From the NCBI GenBank assembly GCA_965222375.1, contig CBDCTZ010000005.1:256001-320000 (forward strand): 64,000 bases of DNA, written 5' to 3'. Source of the stretch: Polyangiaceae bacterium. Lineage in GTDB: Bacteria > Myxococcota_A > Polyangia > Polyangiales > Polyangiaceae. The position numbers and the translations under genes are program-made. Positions 28,145-36,600 of the stretch are shown here, one piece after another (the first letter of the stretch is position 1; every line of letters starts with the position of its first letter). Under the pieces are notes generated by a model. The model was not told the DNA's origin, made no database searches, and was given only the letters and a program-made list of their open reading frames with translations.

Positions 28145-29173
28145 TCAATCCGCGTTGATGATGACGACATACTCAGCTAGGGCGTTCGCGAAGCCCCCCG
28201 GTTCGCCGGTGATCCCCAAGTGGGGTCCGTAGCGCAGCACCAGCGACTGGCGCAAGGTGCGACTCTTCGCAAGCACGGCCGGAACCGCCGTTCGTGCAGT
28301 GGCTCCAGCGACCATGGCGGTCTCGGCGTCGCTGAGTGCAACGCCACCGCTCACGACAAGGTCGATGCCACGCCGGTTCGGCAGCACGGGGCCGGAGCAG
28401 GTGCTCTCTATGTTCTGAGTGTCCCAGCTGGGCGGGTACGTGACCTTCCCGAGCCCCTGCCAGATGATGCCGGCACCGAAGAGAGTGAGACCGGTGGTAG
28501 CGTCAACAGCGGCCACGCCTCCAACGTCGTGATTGCGTTCCACGAAGACCCAAGCATCGCTCGGCGTCGGTCCGGTATAGAGATCGCCACTTCCGTAGGT
28601 AGTGTCGGCGTCGGCCGTGGCTCGCACGGCAGCTTCATTTGGCGGCCCGATAGGACCGCAGACGAAAGTGTGAGAGACGACCTGTAGCGTCGAGAACTTC
28701 AAGCGGAGGACGGCGGTGCAGCCTCCTGTGGGAGGCAGCGCCTGAGCCAACGCGTCCGAAATCGCCGAGCAGTCCTTGGTACCGACACAAACGCCTGCCG
28801 TACAGTCCTTCGAACAGGCCCACGCGCCAGTGCCAGGCGGACAGGTGCAGGTGGAGGGTGCGCAGACGGCGAGGTCACACTTCATTCCGGCAACGCAGGA
28901 GCCAGGGGTACATCCTGCGGGATTCAGTCCTGCACACTTGGCACCCGGCACACCGCCGCTGCCAGCCTGACCTCCGTTGCCCGACTGGCCAGCGCCACCT
29001 CCGCCCGAACTCCCCCCGCTTCCGGCGTCGACGCCCGATTGCCCACCTCCACCGGACTGCCCTGCGGCGCCACCCGTGCCGCTGGGCGCCTCCTTACCGT
29101 CATCGGTGCTGCAGCCAACGGCAAGCAGGCCACACACTAGCAAGTACGAGGAGCGCGTCACCACGAACTCCAA
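28145..29173 (-). CDS. Hypothetical Cys-rich lipoprotein (tandem paralog 1)
   Basis: LAVG-C lipobox, Gly linker, Cys-rich segment, ends AEYVVIINAD. Confidence 0.7.
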   Translation of the reverse strand: MEFVVTRSSYLLVCGLLAVGCSTDDGKEAPSGTGGAAGQSGGGGQSGVDAGSGGSSGGGGAGQSGNGGQAGSGGVPGAKCAGLNPAGCTPGSCVAGMKCDLAVCAPSTCTCPPGTGAWACSKDCTAGVCVGTKDCSAISDALAQALPPTGGCTAVLRLKFSTLQVVSHTFVCGPIGPPNEAAVRATADADTTYGSGDLYTGPTPSDAWVFVERNHDVGGVAAVDATTGLTLFGAGIIWQGLGKVTYPPSWDTQNIESTCSGPVLPNRRGIDLVVSGGVALSDAETAMVAGATARTAVPAVLAKSRTLRQSLVLRYGPHLGITGEPGGFANALAEYVVIINAD

Positions 29174-29224
29174 GCGGCGCCGAAGGCACTACATGAATGC
29201 TCCTTCGCGTTGTTCATGTGTGGG

Positions 29225-30253
29225 TCAATCCGCGTTCATGATGACGACATACTCTGCCACGTCGTTCTTGAAATTGCCTGGCTGGCCAGTGAAGCCCAAG
29301 CCCGGCCCATACCGCAGCACGAGGGACTCACGCAAAGTGCGACCTTGGGCCAATGCGGCAGGCAGGGCGGTACGCGCAACCGCTGCGGCGGCCATCAGAG
29401 TTTCTGCCGCCCCGAGTACTGAGCCGTTCCCGGTAAGGTCAATGCCTCGCAGCGCGGGAAGGGCAGGCCCCGCGCAGGTGCTATCGATGTTTTTCGTTTC
29501 CCAGCTGGATGGGTAGGTGACCTTCCCGAGTCCCAGCCAGTGGATGATACCACCGAATACCGTCAGACCGGTCCGAGCGCTGACCGCTGCCACGCCCCCA
29601 AGGTCGTTGTTCCGTTCCACGAACACCCACGCATCGGGCGGGCTTGCTCCTGACAGGAGTTCCCCGTTGCCGTAACCAGTGTCTGTCTGGGCGGTCGCCC
29701 GCGCGGCGGTCTCATCGGGGACCGCGCCAGGCCCACAGAAGAAAGCGTGTGAGACAACTTGCAGTGTCAAGAAGCGCAAACGGACGACGGCGGTGCAGCC
29801 GCCCGTGGTGGGGAGTGCCTTGGCCAGGTCACTTGCGATCGCAGAACAGTCTTTGGTGCCGACGCAGACTCCGGCCTGGCAGTCTTTCGCGCAGGCCCAG
29901 GCACCGGTCGGACAGCTGCAGCTGGATGGCGCACACGGCCCGAGGTCACACTTTGTTCCCGTCGCACAGGTTCCCAGTGTGCAGCCCGCAGGATTGAGCC
30001 CAGGACACGTGGGGCCCAAACCGCCTCCGCTCCCTGCCTGGCCAGCGCTTCCTGCTTGACCGGCGATGCCACCGCTGGAACCGCCGGCGGTGCCGGCCTG
30101 GCCACCCGAGTTGCCTCCGCCACTTGCCTGGCCAGCGGACGCACCGGTGCCGCTGCTCGGCGGCTCGCCGCCATCAGTGCTGCAACTTGCGGCAACCGTC
30201 ACCAGTGCGGCCGCGAACAGTGAGGGTAGAGCTCGCATCACAGTGAACTCCAC
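29225..30253 (-). CDS. Hypothetical Cys-rich lipoprotein (tandem paralog 2)
   Basis: AAS-C lipobox, colinear with paralog 1, ends AEYVVIMNAD; start GTG 30253 or ATG 30238. Confidence 0.7.
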   Translation of the reverse strand: MEFTVMRALPSLFAAALVTVAASCSTDGGEPPSSGTGASAGQASGGGNSGGQAGTAGGSSGGIAGQAGSAGQAGSGGGLGPTCPGLNPAGCTLGTCATGTKCDLGPCAPSSCSCPTGAWACAKDCQAGVCVGTKDCSAIASDLAKALPTTGGCTAVVRLRFLTLQVVSHAFFCGPGAVPDETAARATAQTDTGYGNGELLSGASPPDAWVFVERNNDLGGVAAVSARTGLTVFGGIIHWLGLGKVTYPSSWETKNIDSTCAGPALPALRGIDLTGNGSVLGAAETLMAAAAVARTALPAALAQGRTLRESLVLRYGPGLGFTGQPGNFKNDVAEYVVIMNAD

Positions 30254-30528
30254 GCAGCGTCGAAAGTTGTGCCGGTAAGTCCGTTCCAGCTTCCAACATT
30301 CATCTTCAGGGCATGGTCCTTCTGGCTGTGGGCACAAAGCCGTGAAAGGCTGCGCACCACTCGAAGACTAGCGTACCCGTGCCGACTACGCCTGACCCAG
30401 GCTTGCTCAAACGGTCAGAGTTACCCGCGGGCAGGGTGCCCGCGCGCTACAGCTCGCCGGATGGAAAAATTCCCTCGCTGGGGAACTTTTGGTCAGGTCG
30501 CGCGTCAGTACGGGCGGGAGGCGAACAA

Positions 30529-30903
30529 ATGTTGGCGGTTGCAGGTGGAATTGTGTTGGGCGTGGTGGCACTAGCGGTCTTGTCGATGGTAGTTTCGTTT
30601 GTTCACCACGTTATTGGGTGGGACACTGTATTCGTGCTCGGGCTGGGCGGCCTTGCGCTGGCAGGCGTTTTCTTTCTTGCTCGGAGCTCGCCGCCCAACC
30701 CCGCGCAGTCTGTTCCTGCAGGCCCCCCGGGCCCTGAAGCTGGCTTCACACACAAGTGCCTTCCTGATGGCTCGCACGTGTACGTCAGCTACGACAAACA
30801 CGGCCGGATAATTGGTTCACCCAAGAAAGCAGCCTGGAAGTTCCAGTCATGCCGCGACCCGAACTTCGTTGTGCTGAACGGCAGGGTGGTTGACCTCACG
30901 TAG
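30529..30903 (+). CDS. Hypothetical membrane protein
   Basis: GGAGG RBS before ATG 30529; two hydrophobic segments. Confidence 0.45.
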   Translation: MLAVAGGIVLGVVALAVLSMVVSFVHHVIGWDTVFVLGLGGLALAGVFFLARSSPPNPAQSVPAGPPGPEAGFTHKCLPDGSHVYVSYDKHGRIIGSPKKAAWKFQSCRDPNFVVLNGRVVDLT

Positions 30904-31110
30904 CAAAGAACCTGTAGCCAACTGGCACCGAGCCGCGCTCGTGGGCGACACCCCACGCTCGCATCATTGCCGCCGCCCCTTTTGCATCGGAGGGCTGCCG
31001 CCGGTGCTCTGCACAGCTGATGGATTGCTCGATGGATTGGTTTGCGTAGGCCTGCCGGTGGTCCTGCTGGTCCTGTTCTTCTTCGCCGGGGTAATTTGGG
31101 TGGCCAGGCT

Positions 31111-31330
31111 TGGCGCCGGGCATGCTCGCAGGCGCTCGCCGACGCCGACATCAACGCCCAGCAAGCGACAGCGCTCGCCGGACATGCCTCGCTTGCGGCC
31201 CATGCGCGCTGCCTCGCCAACAGTGCCAGGCTCCGGAGGCTGCCCGCTGCGGCCCCGCCCGACCTGGGACTTCTGCCCGCTACGCGGACAGAAGTCGATC
31301 CGGCCGAAAACGAAAACGGCTTGTTTTCCA
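31111..31330 (+). pseudogene. C-terminal remnant of tyrosine recombinase/integrase
   Basis: WRRACSQALADADINAQQATALAGHASLAAHARCL matches the box II layout (R...GH......Y), with Cys (TGC, 31210) at the catalytic Tyr position; abuts tRNA 3' end. Confidence 0.6.
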
Positions 31331-31331
31331 G

Positions 31332-31403
31332 TGGGCGGAACAGGGGTCGAACCTGCGACATCCGGCTTGTAAGGCCAGCGCTCTACCGCTGAGCTATCCG
31401 CCC
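31332..31403 (-). tRNA. tRNA-Val (anticodon TAC)
   Basis: GGGCGGA/TCCGCCC acceptor stem, D arm AGCTCAGCGGTAGAGC, loop CTTACAA, GGTTCGACCC T arm; CCA not encoded. Confidence 0.95.
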
Positions 31404-31444
31404 GCTGGCTGAATTAGTCGAGACCGGGGGGATGGGCAAGCCCT

Positions 31445-31539
31445 TGCCCGCGGTTAGTCCAAAACCCCTGACGGAGTGGCAACTCGAAGCGAAACGAGCT
31501 TCTGCCCGCGGCTAGTCCAAAAACTCCTGACGAGGTGGC
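31445..31539. repeat. ~36-bp imperfect direct repeat duplicating the 3' end of the hydrolase gene
   Basis: TGCCCGCGGTTAGTCCAAAACCCCTGACGGAGTGGC (31445) versus TGCCCGCGGCTAGTCCAAAAACTCCTGACGAGGTGGC (31503). Confidence 0.7.
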
Positions 31540-32732
31540 CGCCAAGATGGAACGAACTTGGGGCAGGCTCCGAGCTTTTCTGGAAGCTCGACCTCGGCGA
31601 AGTCGATGCCTTCGGTGCGGTCGAAGCGGAGATCGCCAACGACGAGACCGCCGTCGCTCTCCAGCCAAAACGGCGCGCGGGCGAAGCGCAGGTAGGTCGC
31701 GAAGTCACAACGCTTGGCCAACCTCGACAGCTCGGCGACAGGGACGGACCATTGCTTGCCCCAAGACACGCGGCGGTCGGACGCGGCAGTGACTTCCACC
31801 AGCGGGGCCGAGGTGGGCAATCGGTAGCTGGGACAGCGCTCGGCGGCATTCATGTCGAACAGGGGCGCCATCATGCCTCGACGCAAGACCAGGCTGGGGC
31901 CGGGGCCACGGCTGACGAAGACGCCGGCCCAACACGCGGGATTGCCCGGCATGGGCCACAGGGCGGCGTCCACGAGTGTCTCCGCTGGGAAATGGGTCGC
32001 ATACAGGGATCGGGACTCGCGCTTTGCCAAGGAGCCTGCAAATACGAACAGCCCCAAAACCAAAACGGATCCCACGACACCGAGCAGGACCCGAAGCGCC
32101 GGACGGCACTTCCACGCGACCAGCATGCTACCCAGCATGGATGCGCTGATCACCGGCTTGAGCCAAAGCGGCACGAACCCCGTCGCCCAAGGTAGCCCCA
32201 GGGTCAAACCGATCAGCAAGCCCAACGCGATTCGGCCCCACTTCGCACGTATCGCAAAGAAGATCGGCGGCACGCAGGCGATCCAGAAAAAGGGCTCGAC
32301 GATGAAAATGCGATCTCCAAAAATCCAGCCGTCGTACAGCGGCCAGAAGGGATGCACGCCGTAGACGTTCGAGTAGTCCATGCTCAAGTGCAGCAACGGT
32401 CCGCTGAGCAGCAGGCCAGAAAGCAGCCTTCTTTCGCCCGGGGCAAAGCGCGGCTTCCAGTAGCGAGCCATGCCCGCCCACGCCAACGCGCCGAGCAAGA
32501 CGCCCACGAGCAGGGTGTGGGTGTGGCCGCGGTGGTGCATCAGGTAGCCCAGATTCCCACCTGTGATGAAGGTGTAGCCGAAGTCCAGGTCGGGCAGGTT
32601 GTTGCCCACGACAGCCGCGAGGTAGGCCGCGGGTCGAAGGCGCCCGGGCAGCTCGGGGTCGCGACGGGAGGCTAGCGTGCAGACGACCTCCGCGAGCATC
32701 ATCCCCGCGAGGCTGTGCGTGATGTTGTCCAT
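31512..32732 (-). CDS. Membrane-bound metal-dependent hydrolase (YdjM-like)
   Basis: MDNITHSLAG, NLPDLD, HHRGHTHT, HLSMDYSNVYGVHPFWP. Confidence 0.85.
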   Translation of the reverse strand: MDNITHSLAGMMLAEVVCTLASRRDPELPGRLRPAAYLAAVVGNNLPDLDFGYTFITGGNLGYLMHHRGHTHTLLVGVLLGALAWAGMARYWKPRFAPGERRLLSGLLLSGPLLHLSMDYSNVYGVHPFWPLYDGWIFGDRIFIVEPFFWIACVPPIFFAIRAKWGRIALGLLIGLTLGLPWATGFVPLWLKPVISASMLGSMLVAWKCRPALRVLLGVVGSVLVLGLFVFAGSLAKRESRSLYATHFPAETLVDAALWPMPGNPACWAGVFVSRGPGPSLVLRRGMMAPLFDMNAAERCPSYRLPTSAPLVEVTAASDRRVSWGKQWSVPVAELSRLAKRCDFATYLRFARAPFWLESDGGLVVGDLRFDRTEGIDFAEVELPEKLGACPKFVPSWRPPRQEFLD

Positions 32733-32823
32733 CGCGAAGCGGCGAGACTAGCAGGGTCCAGCGCCCATTCTGCAAGCGCGACAGCGGTCGACGGCGCCTT
32801 CGGGCTCATCTACCCTCCGCGCC

Positions 32824-34902
32824 ATGAACCGCGCTAGAGCACTTTCAACCCTGGCCGCCGCGCTGCTCCTGGGCTCCGCATGTGGCCCGCGCCCCAAGCC
32901 GATCAATGACGCACCAGCTGGCCCGGGGACGTCGCCCACCACGAGCCCGCCGCCCGCGGCTGCTGCGAAGTTGATTCCGAGAAAGGTGTTGTTCGGAAAC
33001 CCCGAGCGAACCAAGCCGCAGCTGAGCCCGGACGGCATCCAGCTATCTTGGCTGGCACCCAAAGACGGCGTGCTCAACGTGTGGGTGGCGCCGATCGACA
33101 AGCTCGCTGCCGCTCGCGCGATCACCGATGACAAGTCTCGGGGCATTCGCAGATACGCCTGGTCCCAGAGCTCGAAGCACGTGCTGTTCGCTCAGGACAA
33201 GGGCGGCGACGAGAACTGGCGCACCTACGCCGTCGAACTCAGCTCCGGCAAGGTCGCAAACCTGACGCCCGAGGACGGCATTCAGGCGCGGTTCGTGCAC
33301 CTCAGTCCCAAGAAGCCTGACGAGGTACTGATCGGTTTGAACGCCCGTGACAAACGCTTTCACGACGTGTTCTCGGTCAACCTGGTCACGGGCAAGCGCA
33401 CGCTGGTGCAGAAGAACGACGGCTTCGCGAGCTTCATTGCAGACGACCAGCACCGGGTGCGCTTCGGCGTGAAACCCACGCCCGATGGCGGCTCCGAGGT
33501 CCTCAAGAAGCACGGCAAAAACTGGCTTCCTTTCGCCAAGTTCTCCCCGCAAGACGAGATGGTCAGCAGTCCCCGCGCTCTGAGCGGCGACGGCAAATAC
33601 CTGTATTTCTTGGACAGCCGCGGGCGGGATCGGGCCGCCCTGACCCGCGTCGCCCTGGCATCGGGCAAGAGCGCGGTGCTCGCCGAGGACCTCAAAGCCG
33701 ACGTTACCGGCTTGCTGCTGCACCCCACGGAGAAGGTGGCGCAAGCAGCGGTCAGCGTGCATGCGCGCAAGAGCTTCATCGTGATCGATCCGGAGCTCAA
33801 GACCGACTTCGCGACGCTGCTCAAAGCAGCCCCGGGAGATCTCGAAATTGTCGACCGCAGCCTGGACGACAAACGTTGGCTGGTGGCCTACAGCATCGAC
33901 ACCGGTCCGACTCGCTATCATTTGTACGAACGCGTCACGCGAAAGCTCACGCCGCTGTTCAGTGACCGCCCCGAGCTCGAAAAACATCGACTCGCACCGA
34001 TGGTGCCAGTGACGATCAAGTCACGGGACGGCCTCGACCTCGTCAGCTATCTGACCTTTCCCTTGGATTCCGGCGCCGGGCCCGAGGCCAAGCCGAAGAA
34101 GCCCTACCCCATGGTGCTCATGGTGCACGGCGGCCCCTGGGGCCGAGACCGCTGGGGGCTGAACACCTGGCACCAGTGGTTTGCAGATCGCGGCTACGTG
34201 ACCCTGAGCGTGAACTTCCGAGGCAGCGTCGGCTTCGGCAAGGCCTTCGTCAACGCCGCGGACGGAGAGTGGGCCGCGAAAATGCATGACGATCTCATCG
34301 ATGCCGTCAACTACGCGATCGAGCGAAAGATCGCCGACCCCAAGCGCATTGCGATCTTCGGTGGCAGCTACGGCGGCTACGCCACGCTCGTGGGCCTGAC
34401 GTCGACGCCCGAGACCTTTGCCTGCGGCGTCGACATCGTCGGGCCCTCCAACCTGATCACCCTGTTGGAGTCCATTCCACCCTATTGGGAATCTTACAAA
34501 GCCATGTTCAAGGCCCGCGTTGGGGACTTCACGACGGAAGCCGGCAAGGCTCTGCTGCGGGAGCGCTCTCCCCTGACCCACGTCGGCCGGATCAAGCGCC
34601 CGCTTTTGATCGGGCAGGGCGCCAACGACCCGCGGGTGAAGCAGGCCGAGAGCGATCAGATCGTCACGGCCATGAAGAAGAAAGGGATCCCGGTCACCTA
34701 CGTGGTCTACCCCGACGAGGGTCACGGCTTCGCTCGCCCGGAGAATCGACTCTCCTTCAACGCGGTCACGGAATCCTTCTTGGCTAGCTGCCTGGGTGGC
34801 CGCGCAGAGCCCGTGGCCGAGGCCTTCAAGGGCTCCAGCCTGGAGATCCGTAGCGGCAAAGAGCACATTCCCGAGCTGGTGAAGGCCTCCGCCGCGCCCT
34901 AA
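32824..34902 (+). CDS. S9 family (prolyl oligopeptidase/acylaminoacyl) peptidase lipoprotein
   Basis: LGSA-C lipobox, VHGGPW, GGSYGG, GANDPRV, DEGHGF. Confidence 0.92.
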   Translation: MNRARALSTLAAALLLGSACGPRPKPINDAPAGPGTSPTTSPPPAAAAKLIPRKVLFGNPERTKPQLSPDGIQLSWLAPKDGVLNVWVAPIDKLAAARAITDDKSRGIRRYAWSQSSKHVLFAQDKGGDENWRTYAVELSSGKVANLTPEDGIQARFVHLSPKKPDEVLIGLNARDKRFHDVFSVNLVTGKRTLVQKNDGFASFIADDQHRVRFGVKPTPDGGSEVLKKHGKNWLPFAKFSPQDEMVSSPRALSGDGKYLYFLDSRGRDRAALTRVALASGKSAVLAEDLKADVTGLLLHPTEKVAQAAVSVHARKSFIVIDPELKTDFATLLKAAPGDLEIVDRSLDDKRWLVAYSIDTGPTRYHLYERVTRKLTPLFSDRPELEKHRLAPMVPVTIKSRDGLDLVSYLTFPLDSGAGPEAKPKKPYPMVLMVHGGPWGRDRWGLNTWHQWFADRGYVTLSVNFRGSVGFGKAFVNAADGEWAAKMHDDLIDAVNYAIERKIADPKRIAIFGGSYGGYATLVGLTSTPETFACGVDIVGPSNLITLLESIPPYWESYKAMFKARVGDFTTEAGKALLRERSPLTHVGRIKRPLLIGQGANDPRVKQAESDQIVTAMKKKGIPVTYVVYPDEGHGFARPENRLSFNAVTESFLASCLGGRAEPVAEAFKGSSLEIRSGKEHIPELVKASAAP

Positions 34903-34955
34903 TACTCGGACAGTGCTTGCGAGGGTCCGCGAAAACGTGGACATTTGTATGCGTG

Positions 34956-36548
34956 ATGCGCCAGCGACTGTCAGGGAAAGCGTTTTTCTTCGGGCTGCTG
35001 CTGTCGTCAGGCGCCGGCGCGCTCACCCAGCCCGGTGGGCCCACCATCCCGGTCCTCGATACGAGCGTCACCACTTGCTCGGACAAGAACGTTCAGGTCT
35101 GTCTGGACGCGGAAGAGGGCGGCAACACGGTCAACGCCGTGACGGCGGCCGCGATCACCCCCGAGACCTTCAATCCTAGCTGTGGCCTGTCCTTCAAAGT
35201 TTTGGCACGGGGAGCTGGATTCAAGAACACCTTCGGCTGGTACAACGTCACCGCAGGCAAGCCGGCGGATTCGGATCTGCATGCCTTCCTGTTGTGCTCG
35301 GATGCGCCGGGCACGACGAAGGCGCTGAACATCAAATCCGATCCAGCCTACAAGGGCGGGCAGATCGGGTTCTTCATGGCCTCGCCAGAAGGCGTGAGCG
35401 GCAACTGCCCACAATTCAACCCGGGCGGCGGCCCCGTAGCGGGCACGGTGGGTCACATCTACTACTCGGAACGAAAGTACAACCCCGACAATACGGGGCC
35501 GAATAGCTTCATCCACCTGATCATCTACGACAGTGTCACCCACTCCAACTCCTTCTACTTTGCCTGGGAGGATCTACTATCTGGCGGGGACAACGACTTC
35601 GACGATCTGCTGACCCGAGTCGACGGCATCACTTGCTCCGGCGGCGGCGCGCCCTGCGATACCGGGCTGCTGGGCAAGTGCAAAGACGGCACCATGCAGT
35701 GCAAGAACGGCGGGTTGGTCTGCGAGCAGAACCAGAAGCCCACGACCGAGAGCTGCAACGGCCGCGATGACGACTGCGACGGCAGCATCGATGACGGAGA
35801 TCTGTGCCCGACGGATTTGGTTTGCGATCGGGGCAAGTGCGTACCGAAGTGCGGTACCGGCGAGTTCGCCTGCCCCGCCCACTTAACCTGCAATGCCGGC
35901 GGGCTGTGCGTCGACCCGGCCTGCGAAACCGTGAGCTGCAAGCCCGGTGAGGTCTGCGAAAAAGGCAAATGCCAGGCGCCCTGCGACGGGGTTGTCTGCC
36001 CCAAGGGCCAGGTCTGCCGAGAAGGCGTGTGTGCGGACCCCTGCGACGGCGTGACTTGCGACAGCGAGTACGTCTGCGTGGCAGGTGTGTGCACCCTGAA
36101 TTGCGACTGCAAGGGCTGCTCCACTGGCCAAACCTGTGACACGATGTCCCAGAAGTGCGTCGACGACGGCTGCTCGCCCAATCCCTGCTCAGCTGGACAA
36201 GTCTGCGAACTCGGCGCCTGCGTGGACGCCTGTTCGGGAGCCAAGTGCCCCAGCGGCAGCGAGTGCAAAGCGGGTCAATGCGTCCCGGTCACCGACGCCG
36301 GCGCTGGAGGCGGCAGCGGCGGGCTGATGCTGGACGGGGGCGTGAGCACCGGCGGCAGCGGCGCTGGTTCTGGAGCCGCCGGCTCCGCGGGGTTCGCTGG
36401 CGCTTTCGGCTCCGGTTCCCCGAAGGGCGAGAACGCGGGTGGCTGCGGCTGCCGGACGCGCTCCAACCCGGCTGGGTCGCTATGGCTGCTCGGCTCGCTA
36501 GCCGCGCTCGCGTTCCTGCGTCGCCGATCCGATGGACCCAGGCGGTGA
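34956..36548 (+). CDS. DUF4114-like Cys-rich secreted protein with MYXO-CTERM-like tail
   Basis: GFKNTFGWYN, FAWEDL..GGDNDFDDL, many Cys repeats, GGCGCR...WLLGSLAALAFLRRR. Confidence 0.72.
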   Translation: MRQRLSGKAFFFGLLLSSGAGALTQPGGPTIPVLDTSVTTCSDKNVQVCLDAEEGGNTVNAVTAAAITPETFNPSCGLSFKVLARGAGFKNTFGWYNVTAGKPADSDLHAFLLCSDAPGTTKALNIKSDPAYKGGQIGFFMASPEGVSGNCPQFNPGGGPVAGTVGHIYYSERKYNPDNTGPNSFIHLIIYDSVTHSNSFYFAWEDLLSGGDNDFDDLLTRVDGITCSGGGAPCDTGLLGKCKDGTMQCKNGGLVCEQNQKPTTESCNGRDDDCDGSIDDGDLCPTDLVCDRGKCVPKCGTGEFACPAHLTCNAGGLCVDPACETVSCKPGEVCEKGKCQAPCDGVVCPKGQVCREGVCADPCDGVTCDSEYVCVAGVCTLNCDCKGCSTGQTCDTMSQKCVDDGCSPNPCSAGQVCELGACVDACSGAKCPSGSECKAGQCVPVTDAGAGGGSGGLMLDGGVSTGGSGAGSGAAGSAGFAGAFGSGSPKGENAGGCGCRTRSNPAGSLWLLGSLAALAFLRRRSDGPRR

Positions 36549-36600
36549 AAGGCGGAGTCGAAACCTCGCCGCGCCCCAGTCGTGGACGCCCCCCGCAAGG

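Noticed and set aside
23866..31331. Intact prophage or ICE at tRNA-Val
   Set aside because: No full integrase, no phage or conjugation genes and no att duplication seen; only a remnant is supportable.
30890..31372. 160-aa ORF as a real gene
   Set aside because: It overlaps the integrase remnant in another frame and runs into the tRNA; it looks like a chimera of decayed fragments.
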